From: an uncultured Candidatus Rokubacteria bacterium
GTDB lineage: Bacteria; Methylomirabilota; Methylomirabilia; Rokubacteriales; DASRDR01
DNA length: 64,000 nucleotides
NCBI GenBank assembly: GCA_963708025.1
Contig: CAVPSB010000003.1
Location: 1-64,000 of the forward strand
Direction: 5' to 3'
In this document: positions 38,656 through 47,405 of the stretch, piece after piece
Layout: every line of letters begins with the position of its first letter
Position numbering within the stretch: position 1 is the stretch's first letter
The notes under the pieces: generated by a model
Databases searched by the model: none
Seen by the model: the letters and a program-made list of their open reading frames with translations, nothing else
Told to the model about the DNA's origin: nothing
Translations under genes and position numbers: made by a program

Positions 38656-41600
38656 ATGGCCTTCACCGACGTCAACCCGAAGCAGTCGTTCCCGGCGCTG
38701 GAGCAGGAGATCGCCCGGTGGTGGCGCGAGCGGGAGATCGTCCGCCGGGCGCTCGAGAGCGGGGACCGGGCCCGGCCGTTCGTGTTCTTCGAGGGACCGC
38801 CGACCGCCAACGGCCGGCCCGGTGTCCACCACGTCGAAGCCCGCGCGGTCAAGGACATCGTGATCCGCTATCACCGGATGCGGGGGGAGCACGTCATCGG
38901 CGCCCGCGGCGGCTGGGACACCCACGGGCTGCCGGTCGAGATCGAGGTCGAGCGGGAGCTGGGCTTCCGGGGCAAGCCGGACATCGAGAAGTACGGGATC
39001 GCCGAGTTCAACCGCGCGTGCAAGGAGAGCGTCCTCCGGTACATCCACGACTGGGAGCGGATGACGGAGCGCATCGCGTTCTGGATCGACATGGAGCGCC
39101 CGTACTCGACCTTCGACAACGACTACATCGAGTCGCTCTGGTGGATCCTGAAGAGCCTGTGGGACCGGGAGCTGCTCTTCCGTGACTACAAGGTCACCAT
39201 GCACTGTCCGCGCTGCGGCACCACGCTCTCCGACCACGAGGTGGCGCTCGGCTACGAGGACGACGTCGACGACCCGTCGGTCTGGGTGCGCTTCCGCCAC
39301 CGCCCGAGCGGCCACCCGCTGGACGATCGGCTCACCGGGTCGAGCTTCCTGGCCTGGACCACGACCCCCTGGACCCTGCCGGCCAACGCAGGGCTGGCCG
39401 TCAAGCCGGGCCACCCCTACGTCCTGGTCGAGTACACGGCGGGCGCGGCGCCCGAGCGGCTCGTCCTGGCCGAGGCGCTGGTGGCGGCGGTGCTGGGGGA
39501 GGGGACCTTCCGGGTCCTGGACACTTTCGAGGCCGACGCCCTCCGCGAGGTCCGGTACGAGCGCCTCTTCGAGGGCGGCCCGGAAGACGAGGAGACCGGC
39601 GAGGGCGACCGCGTCGTCGCGGACGACTTCGTCTCGCTGGAGGACGGGACCGGCATCGTCCACATCGCTCCCGCCTACGGCGACCTCGAGATCGGGAAGA
39701 AGCACGGCCTGCCCACCCGGTTCTCGGTGGACCTGGCCGGGATGACGCTCCCGCGCTTCGACGCTCTCGGCTTCGCCGGCCGGTTCTTCAAGGAGGCCGA
39801 CCCGCTGATCACGCGCCACCTCCGCGAGCGCGGTCTCCTCTTCCGGGAGGGCCGGGTGCGTCACGCCTACCCGTTCTGCTGGCGCTGCCGGACCCCGCTC
39901 CTCTTCTACGCCAAGCCCTCCTGGTACATCCGCACGACCGCTCGGAAGGATCGGCTGCTCGCGAACAACGAGCAGATCCACTGGGTGCCCGACCACATCC
40001 GCCGCGGCCGCTTCGGCAACTGGCTCGAGAACAACATCGACTGGGCGCTCTCCCGCGAGCGCTACTGGGGCACGCCGCTGCCGATCTGGGTCTGCGACGG
40101 CTGCGGGCGGGTGGAGGTGCATCGGGTCGGTGGCCGAGCTGGCCGAGCGGGCCGGTCGCGACCTGACGGGGCTGGACCTCCACCGGCCGTACGTCGACGC
40201 GATCACCTGGCGCTGCCCGAAGGCTGCCCGGGCGGGACCAAGCGGCGCGTCCCCGACGTCGCCGACTGCTGGTTCGACTCGGGCTCGATGCCGGTCGCCC
40301 AGTGGCACTACCCCTTCGAGAACCGAGGACGTGTTCGCGATCGCCGGCCAGGCCGACTACATCTCCGAGGCGATCGACCAGACCCGCGGCTGGTTCTACA
40401 CGCTCCACGCCGTCGCGACCCTGCTCTTCGACCGGCCGGCGTTCCAGAACGCGATCTGCCTCGGCCACATCCTCGACATCAACGGCGAGAAGATGTCGAA
40501 GTCCCGGGGCAACGTCGTCGATCCGTGGGAGCTCCTGGACGAGCTACGGCGCCGACGCCACCCGCTGGTACATGTACGCGTCGGCGCCGCCCTACAACCC
40601 GCGCCGCTTCGCGCCCCAGCAGGTCGGCGAGGTCCTGCGCCAGTTCGTCCTGACCCTCTGGAACACGTACGCTTTCTTCGTGACCTACGCCAAGCTGGAC
40701 GGCTGGCGGCCGCCGGCTGGCGCCGATCCACTGGCCGGCGTCGAGCTGCCCCCGATCGACCGCTGGGCGCTGGCACGCCTGAACGCCCTCGTGCGCGACG
40801 TCACCGCGATGTTCGAGGATTACGACATCCACGGGCCGGCCCGGGCGATCGAGGCCTTCGTCGAGGAGCTGTCGAACTGGTACGTCCGGCGCAACCGGCG
40901 GCGCTTCTGGAAGGCGGAGGACGACGCCGACAAGCACGCCGCCTACCTGACCCTCTACACCTGCCTGACGACGCTGGCGCGGCTTCTCGCGCCGTTCATG
41001 CCGTTCGTGAGCGAGGCGCTCTACCGGAACCTGGCGGCGGGCCAGGACCCGGCCGCTCCGGAGAGCGTGCACCTGGCCCCCTGGCCGGCGGTGCGCGAGA
41101 ACCTGATCGACGACCGCCTACTGGCTGACACGGCGCTCGTGCTCGAGACGGTCAGCCTGGGTCGGGCGGCCCGCGAGAGCGCCCGGCTGAAGGTACGGCA
41201 GCCGCTGCGCGAGATGCTGGTGCGGACGCGCGCTCCGGCCGAGGCCGAGGCGCTCCGGCGCTTCGAGGCGGAGCTGCGGGACGAGCTGAACGTGAAGGGT
41301 GTGCACTACCTCGACAGCGCCGCCGACTTCGTGGAGTACCGCTTCAAGCCGAACTTCCGCGTCGTCGGGCGGAAGTACGGCAAGCTGGTTCCCGCGCTGA
41401 CCGCCGCCCTGGCCGGGCTGGCGGGTGACGCGGCCCGGGACGCCGCCCGAGCGGTCGAGGCCGGTAAGCCGGTGCGGGTCGCGGTGAACGGCCAAGTCCT
41501 GGAGCTGGCGCCGGGCGAGCTGCTCGTCGAGGTCTCGTCGCCCACCGGCTACGCGGTCGCCGAGGAGCGAGGCGTGCTCGTCGCCCTCGACACGACGCTC

Positions 41601-41876
41601 AGCCCCGAGCTCCGGACAGAGGGGCTCGCCCGCGAGCTGGTGCGGCACATCCAGGACGCGCGCAAGAACGCGGGCTTCCAGATCGCCGATCGCATCGCGG
41701 TCTACCTCTCCGGCGGGGCCGATCCGGTCGCGGCGGCGGTCCGCGAGTGGGGCGACTATATCCGCACGGAGACGCTGGCCGACGAGGTGGCGCTGGCCGA
41801 ACCCCCGCCGGGTGCCCACACCGAGACCTTCGAGCACGACGGCGCGGCGATCGTCCTCGGAGTCTCGCGCCGCTAG
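38656..41876 (+). CDS. ileS: Isoleucine-tRNA ligase, type 2 (4 apparent frameshifts at 40120-40545)
   Basis: [65 protein letters not shown], spread over three frames. Confidence 0.95.
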
Positions 41877-41922
41877 CTGACTCGTTGAAGCCTCAAAGTC
41901 ATGGTGGATGAGTCACGTTCTC

Positions 41923-42074
41923 GGGGCCGAGCCGAGGACGACCATAGGTCGGACCGACGCCCCCAGGCCGAAGGCCGTCCGCCCCAGGCCGAAGGCCGTC
42001 CAATCGACGTCGGCCGAGCGCGTCCCGGCCGAGATGAACGTTGCGACGCTCATCGGCTCGGCTCGGCCCTGCCC
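41923..42074. repeat. Chimeric palindromic element (family C-like ends with two tandem GGCCGAAGGCC modules)
   Basis: 3' end tgcgacgctcatcgg...ccctgccc matches family C; tandem gccccaggccgaaggccgtcc x2 at 41959-42001. Confidence 0.7.
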
Positions 42075-42076
42075 GC

Positions 42077-42105
42077 TTGACGGCACGGGGACCCGCTGGT
42101 AGCGT
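42077..42105 (+). promoter_or_regulatory. Sigma70 promoter upstream of the riboswitch
   Basis: TTGACG-17 nt-TAGCGT with an extended TG. Confidence 0.6.
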
Positions 42106-42121
42106 AGCGCCAGTCGTCAAC

Positions 42122-42298
42122 GGGGTCCCGGGTGAGCCCCTCGCGGGGCCAAGAGGGAAGGCGGTGCGAGACCGCCGCGACCCCGTCACTGTGATCGGGG
42201 ACGAAAGCCGCGAAGCGGCCACTGGCGCCGGGTACCGGCGCTGGGAAGGCGGCGGCGAGTAGGACGATCCGAGAGCCAGGAAACCTGCCCGGGACCCG
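42122..42298 (+). ncRNA. Cobalamin riboswitch upstream of cobU
   Basis: P1 gggtcccggg/cccgggaccc; AAGAGGGAA-GGCGGTG, CCCCGTCACTGTG, GCCACTG, TGGGAAGG, GAGCCAGGAAACCTGCC. Confidence 0.95.
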
Positions 42299-42379
42299 AG
42301 TACTCCTGACCGGTCTTCGAGGGGAGGCCCGGGTGCCCGCAGCTCTCTCGCCGAGTCCTCACCTTCAGCCCACCGCCAG

Positions 42380-42916
42380 GTGAGCCGGGCCCGGACCCTG
42401 CTCGTCCTGGGCGGCGTCCGCGCCGGGAAGAGCGCGTACGCAGTCGAGCGGGCCGCCGAGCTGGGCGAGCGCGTCGCCTTCGTCGCCACGGCCGAGCCGC
42501 TCGACGACGAGATGGCGGCGCGCATCGCGCGGCACCGCGCGGCCCGCCCCCCCGGCTGGACGACGATCGAGGCGCCCGTCGCGCTGGCCGACGCCGTCGC
42601 CAGGCTCGAGGGGAAGGCCGACGTCGTCCTCGTCGACTGCCTGAACCTCTGGGTCGCCAACCTCCTCGGCCAGGCCCCGGAACTCGCCGACGAACCTCTC
42701 CGGGCCGAAACCAGCCGCCTGGTCGAGCTCGCGCTCCGCCGGTTCGCCAGCCTGGTCTTCGTCTCCAACGAGGTCGGCTGGGGCGTTCATCCGGAGACCC
42801 CCATCGGGCGGCGCTTCCGCGACGCCCTCGGCCTCGTCAACCAGGCGGTGGCGCGCGCCGCCGACGAGGTCGTGCTGCTGGTGGCCGGCTGCCCCCTATG
42901 GCTGAAGGTGCCCTGA
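42380..42916 (+). CDS. cobU: Adenosylcobinamide kinase / guanylyltransferase
   Basis: GGVRAGKS, ATA..DDEMAARIARHR, VDCL, SNEVGWG, RFRDALG. Confidence 0.95.
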   Translation: MSRARTLLVLGGVRAGKSAYAVERAAELGERVAFVATAEPLDDEMAARIARHRAARPPGWTTIEAPVALADAVARLEGKADVVLVDCLNLWVANLLGQAPELADEPLRAETSRLVELALRRFASLVFVSNEVGWGVHPETPIGRRFRDALGLVNQAVARAADEVVLLVAGCPLWLKVP

Positions 42917-42922
42917 GAATGT

Positions 42923-44083
42923 GTGAAGGCATGGGTCCTCCGGCTCCCCCGTCCCCCCGCCAAGGCCGAAGGCCGTCTGGGTGGGGGAGGGGGGTTGGGG
43001 GGGTGGGCGGGCGGTCCCGAACTGAGCGCGCTCCTGGGCCGGATCGTCGCGCCGGACCCGCGCCCGGCGCTGGCCGCCCAGTGCCGTCTGGACCGGCTCA
43101 CCAAGCCGGCCGGCAGCCTCGGGCGGCTGGAGGAGCTGGCCGTGCGGGCGGCGCTCATCACGGGCTCGGTCACGCCGCGGCTCACGGCCCCGGTGATCTT
43201 CACGCTGGCCGCCGACCACGGTGTCGTCGCCGAGGGCGTGAGCGCGTATCCCCAGGCGGTCACGGCTCAGATGCTCGAGAACTTCCTGGATGGCGGCGCT
43301 GGCGTGAACGTCCTCGCCCGCCAGGTCGGCGCCCGTGTCGTCGTCGCCGATCTCGGGGTGGCCCTGGATCTGGCGCCGCGTCCCCGGCTCGTCGTCCGCA
43401 AGCTTGGACGTGGCACCGCGAACCTGGCCCGTGGCCCGGCGATGGCGCGGGAGCACGCGGCGGCCGCGATCGAGATCGGCGCGAGCCTCGTCGAAGAGGC
43501 GGCGCCCGACTGCGTCGGCACCGGTGAGATGGGGATCGGCAACACCACGGCCGCCAGCGCGCTGACGGCGGCGCTGACCGGCGCCGACCCGGATGCGGTG
43601 ACCGGGCGCGGGACTGGCGTCGACGACGCCGGCCGGGCGCGGAAGGTCGTCGCGATCCGGACGGCCCTGGCGGTGAACCGCCCAGACCCTCGCGACCCGC
43701 TGGGGGTGCTGGCCGCGCTCGGCGGCTTCGAGATCGCCGGCCTGGTGGGGGTCATCCTGGCCGGGGCCGCCCGGCGCGTTCCGGTCGTCCTCGACGGCTT
43801 CATCGCGACCGCCGCCGCCCTTGTCGCCGTCCGGCTTCAGCCCGACGCACGCGAGTACCTGCTGGCCGCCCACCGGAGCGCCGAGCCCGGCCATCGGGTG
43901 CTCCTGGAAACGCTCGGCCTCGCCCCGTACCTGGACCTCGGCATGCGCCTGGGGGAGGGGACGGGGGCTGCCCTTGGCATCGGCCTCCTGCGGGCGGCCC
44001 TCGCCTGCTACGCCGAGATGGCCACGTTCAAGGAGGCCGGGGTGTCGGAGCGCCTGCCATCCCGGACGTCGGCTCAGGCATGA
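42923..44083 (+). CDS. cobT: Nicotinate-nucleotide-dimethylbenzimidazole phosphoribosyltransferase (N-terminus derived from repeat A)
   Basis: LTKPAGSLGRLE, ADHGV, GEMGIGNTT, GGFEI, LDLGMRLGEGTGA. Confidence 0.95.
   Translation: MKAWVLRLPRPPAKAEGRLGGGGGLGGWAGGPELSALLGRIVAPDPRPALAAQCRLDRLTKPAGSLGRLEELAVRAALITGSVTPRLTAPVIFTLAADHGVVAEGVSAYPQAVTAQMLENFLDGGAGVNVLARQVGARVVVADLGVALDLAPRPRLVVRKLGRGTANLARGPAMAREHAAAAIEIGASLVEEAAPDCVGTGEMGIGNTTAASALTAALTGADPDAVTGRGTGVDDAGRARKVVAIRTALAVNRPDPRDPLGVLAALGGFEIAGLVGVILAGAARRVPVVLDGFIATAAALVAVRLQPDAREYLLAAHRSAEPGHRVLLETLGLAPYLDLGMRLGEGTGAALGIGLLRAALACYAEMATFKEAGVSERLPSRTSAQA
42936..43020 (+). repeat. Repeat family A copy in frame with the cobT 5' end
   Basis: tcctccggctccccc...ggccgaaggcc...gggggaggggggttggggggg...ggtcccga. 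Confidence 0.85.
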
Positions 44084-44965
44084 TCCGGCGACTGCTTACG
44101 ACGTTCTTCTTCAGTCTCGTCCTCAGCACGGGCACGGTGGCCTGGCCGGGGGAGACCCGCGACATGATCGGGCGCCGGGTCACGGTCCCGGAGGGTCCGC
44201 GCCGCGTGGTGTCCCTGGCGCCGAGCCTCACCGAGATCGCGTTCGCCCTGGGAGCCGCGGAGCAGATCGCCGGGGTGACCGACTTCTGTGACTTCCCCCC
44301 GGAGGCCCGCCAGAAACCCCGGATCGGCGGCATCTACACTCCGAACTTCGAGGCGATTCTCACGCCTCAGGCCGGACCTGATCCTGGCCACGACGGAAGG
44401 CAACCGCGAGGAGCACATCCGGGAGCTGGGAAGCCTCGGCCTCCCGGTGTACGTGGTCCACCCGGTGGACTTCGCCTCGGTCCTCGACTCGATTGCCCGT
44501 GTCGGTCGGCTGCTGGGCCGCGACGCCGAGGCGCGACAGCTCGTGGGCCGGATGCAGCGCGAGGCGGACGGGATCGCCCGGGCGCTGGAAGGATCCCGCC
44601 GCCCGCGGGTCCTCTACGTCCTGTGGGGAAACCCGCTGATCGTGCCCGGCCGGGACACGCTCATCACGGACATGATCCGGCGGGCCGGCGGCGACAGCGT
44701 GACCGGCGGGGAGCCGCTCGCGTATCCCCGGTTCTCGGTCGAGGAGGCCCTGGCCCGCCAGCCCGAGCGGGTCGTGCTGGCCCAGCACGGCCTGGCCTCG
44801 GTGGACGACCGCATCCGCGAGTGGCGGCACCTGACGCTCCTCCCGGCCGTCCGCGAGGGCCGCGTTCACGGGATCGACGGCGACCTGATGCACCGGCCGG
44901 GGCCGCGGATCATCGACGGCCTGCGGCGCCTCGCGCGGCTGCTCCACCCCGACGTGTCCTGGTGA
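44080..44965 (+). CDS. btuF: Cobalamin ABC transporter substrate-binding protein BtuF (frameshift at about 44364)
   Basis: RVVSLAPSLTE, GVTDFCDFP, PNFEAIL / LRPDLIL, PAVREGRV, RPGPR. Confidence 0.88.
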
Positions 44966-45040
44966 TCACATGACGAAGCAGCGGTGCTTCCGGATAGCGG
45001 CGCGGCTGCTCCGAGTTGAGGGCGCGCGAAGGGACGGCAA

Positions 45041-45149
45041 TCCTCCGGCTCCCCCCTCCCCCCGCCAAAGGCCGAAGGCCGTCCATCAGGTGGGGGAGGG
45101 GGGCCAAAGGCCGAAGGCCGTCGAAGGATCGGGTAGGCGGGAGGTACCA
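45041..45149 (+). repeat. Repeat family A copy with two GGCCGAAGGCC modules; supplies the btuC SD
   Basis: tcctccggctccccc...; GGAGGT 6 nt before ATG 45152. Confidence 0.85.
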
Positions 45150-45151
45150 AC

Positions 45152-46168
45152 ATGATCACGCGGCGCCGCGTCCTCGGCGCATCCGCGGCGGTCGCGGCCG
45201 GACTGGTCGCGGTCTCGGCGGTCGCGCTCACCATCGGCGCGGCCCGGCTGCCGCTGGCCGAGGTGGCGGGGGCCCTCCTTGGCCGGGAGGTGCCCGGGCT
45301 GGCGGCGACCGTCGTCCTGGGCCTCCGCCTCCCACGCGTGCTGCTGGCCGCCCTGGCCGGGGGCGGGCTCGCGGTGGCCGGCGTGGCCTTCCAGGCCCTG
45401 ACCCGGAACCCGCTGGCCGACCCGGCCGTCCTCGGCGTGGCCAGCGGCGCGGCGCTCGGCGCCGTGCTCGCCCAGATCGCCGGGCTCGAAGGATCGCTCC
45501 TGGCCGCGCTGGGGCTGGCGGCGGCCTCATTCGTGGGCGCCCTGGTCGCCGCCACCGCGGTGTACCTGATCGCCTCGGTCGGGGGCCGACTCCCCGTCCA
45601 GACGCTGCTCCTGGCCGGCGTCATCGTCGGCCTCTTCTTCTCAGCCGCGATCACGTTGATCATCTCGCTCGTCGACTTCGCGCGGCTGGGCGGCATCCTC
45701 CACTGGCTGATGGGCAGCCTGGGCGCTCTCGGCTACCGGCCCGTCGCCGTCATGGCGCTCGGCTGCCTGATCGGCGGGGCGCTCCTCTACAGCCAGGCGC
45801 GCGCGCTCAACCTCCTCGCGCTGGGGGAGGAGTCCGCGCTCCAGCTCGGGGTGGAGGCGGAGCGCGTGAAGCGGGTGAGCTTCATCGCGGCCTCGCTGCT
45901 GACCGGCGTCGTCGTCGCCCACACGGGCCCGATCGGGTTCGTCGGCCTCATCGTGCCGCACGCGGTGCGGATGGTGCTGGGCTCCGACAACCGCGCGCTG
46001 ATCCCGGCCGCCGCCGGCGCCGGGGCGGCCTTCCTGGTCCTGGCCGATACCCTGGCCCGCGTCGCGCTGCGACCGGCCGAGCTGCCGGTGGGTGTCATCA
46101 CGGCGTTCTGCGGCGCGCCGTTCTTCATCTATCTGCTGCGGACGCGCTTCCGCCGGGGCCTGGGATGA
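45152..46168 (+). CDS. btuC: Cobalamin/iron-chelate ABC permease BtuC
   Basis: RLPR, NPLADP..LGVASGA, LGEESA..LG, GPIGFVGLIVPH, ELPVG. Confidence 0.92.
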   Translation: MITRRRVLGASAAVAAGLVAVSAVALTIGAARLPLAEVAGALLGREVPGLAATVVLGLRLPRVLLAALAGGGLAVAGVAFQALTRNPLADPAVLGVASGAALGAVLAQIAGLEGSLLAALGLAAASFVGALVAATAVYLIASVGGRLPVQTLLLAGVIVGLFFSAAITLIISLVDFARLGGILHWLMGSLGALGYRPVAVMALGCLIGGALLYSQARALNLLALGEESALQLGVEAERVKRVSFIAASLLTGVVVAHTGPIGFVGLIVPHAVRMVLGSDNRALIPAAAGAGAAFLVLADTLARVALRPAELPVGVITAFCGAPFFIYLLRTRFRRGLG

Positions 46169-46956
46169 CGCCGCTCCTGAGCGCGGAGGCGGTGGCGTTC
46201 GGCTACGGCGGGGTCTTCCGGCTGGAGGGCGTCAGCTTCGAGCTGGGGGCGGGGGAGATCCTCGGCGTGATCGGGCCGAATGCCTCCGGGAAGACGACCT
46301 TGATCCGACTCCTGTCCAAGGTCCTGGCGCCCCAGGCCGGGGAGATCCGGCTCGCCGGCACGCCGGTCGCGCGCATCGGTCGGCGGCAGCTGGCGCGCCA
46401 GGTCGCGGTCGTCCCGCAGGAGCTGGCGGTGGCCTTCCCACTGACGGTCGAGGAGCTCACCCTCATGGGGCGCTACCCGCACGCCCAGGGGCGGTTCTTC
46501 GAGGCTCCCGCCGACCTCGCCCGTGCCCGCGAGGCGATGGCGCTGGCCGGCGTGCTGGAGCTCGCGGAGCAGCCGCTCGACACCCTCTCCGGGGGGGAGC
46601 GCCAGCGGGCGGCGCTGGCCCGGGCGCTGGCCCAGGAGCCGCGGCTCCTCCTGCTGGACGAGCCGACCAGCCACCTCGACCTCCGCCACCAGCGGGAGAT
46701 CGTCGGCCTGCTCCGCCGGCTGAACCGCGACCGGGGCACCGCGATCGTGCTGGTGAGCCACGACCTGAACCTGGCGGGGGAGGTGGCCGACCGGCTGATG
46801 CTCCTCTCGTGCGGGCGCGTCGCCCGCCTCGGCCCGCCGGCCGAGGTGCTGGAGGAGGCGGCCCTCGAGGCGGCCTACGGCTGCCCGGTGCGGGTGGAGA
46901 AGAACCCGGTGTCAGGGCGTCCCGTGGTCACCGTGCGCTGGCCGGACCAGGAGTGA
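46165..46956 (+). CDS. btuD: Cobalamin/iron-chelate ABC ATPase BtuD
   Basis: GPNASGKTT, LSGGERQR, LLLDEPT, SHDLN; ATGA overlap with btuC. Confidence 0.92.
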   Translation: MTPLLSAEAVAFGYGGVFRLEGVSFELGAGEILGVIGPNASGKTTLIRLLSKVLAPQAGEIRLAGTPVARIGRRQLARQVAVVPQELAVAFPLTVEELTLMGRYPHAQGRFFEAPADLARAREAMALAGVLELAEQPLDTLSGGERQRAALARALAQEPRLLLLDEPTSHLDLRHQREIVGLLRRLNRDRGTAIVLVSHDLNLAGEVADRLMLLSCGRVARLGPPAEVLEEAALEAAYGCPVRVEKNPVSGRPVVTVRWPDQE

Positions 46957-47003
46957 TGCTCGATCGAATGGCCCAGTTGACGAGAGCGCGTGAAGGAGCG
47001 GGC

Positions 47004-47070
47004 GGCTCCGGCCCCCCCCCTCAGCCAAAGGCCGAAGCCGTCGAAGGATCGGGTGGGCGGGAGGTCCCAA
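47004..47070 (+). repeat. Repeat family A short copy
   Basis: gccaaaggccgaag-ccgtcgaaggatcgggtgggcgggaggtcc, nearly identical to 45103-45149. Confidence 0.8.
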
Positions 47071-47113
47071 ACCAATCGAAGGGGGTGAGAGCCAGGCGGT
47101 GTGAGTGGATGAC

Positions 47114-47364
47114 GTCCCCGATGCCGGGAAGCCGGTGAGGCGTGGCCCTTCGAGCGGCGCGCCGAGTCCGGCACTGTCCCGCAACTGTGAGGCGGCGCCG
47201 AAGGCCGGAGGCCGGAGGCGCCGCGACCAGATGCAGAGGAGCGGCGTCCCGAAGGCCGAAGGCCGGAGGCGCCGCGACCAGATGAACCATGCCACTGGGG
47301 TCAAGGAGGCCCTGGGAAGGCGCGGCGTCGCGATGAGCCACGAGTCAGGAGACCGATCGGGGAT
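47114..47364 (+). ncRNA. Atypical cobalamin riboswitch upstream of btuB, with repeat insertions
   Basis: P1 tccccgat/atcgggga; GGGAA-GCCGGTG...AGTCCGGCACTGTCCCGCAACTGTGA; GCCACTG; TGGGAAGG; GAGTCAGGAGACC. Confidence 0.88.
47192..47284 (+). repeat. Two tandem family B modules inside the riboswitch
   Basis: gcggcg..ccgaaggcc-g(g/a)a-ggccggaggcgccgcgaccagatg x2. Confidence 0.85.
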
Positions 47365-47405
47365 CCGAGGCGAGCCGGCACTCTTTCGACGGAGAGGAGT
47401 GGGCG

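Noticed and set aside
40120-40545. Programmed ribosomal frameshifting or true pseudogenisation of ileS
   Set aside because: Four indels in about 430 bp without slippery heptamers in a normally essential gene; sequencing error is more parsimonious.
47192-47284. Direct repeats that might be a mini CRISPR array (also 41959-42001)
   Set aside because: Only two units, little or no spacer, no cas genes; they match dispersed hairpin modules.
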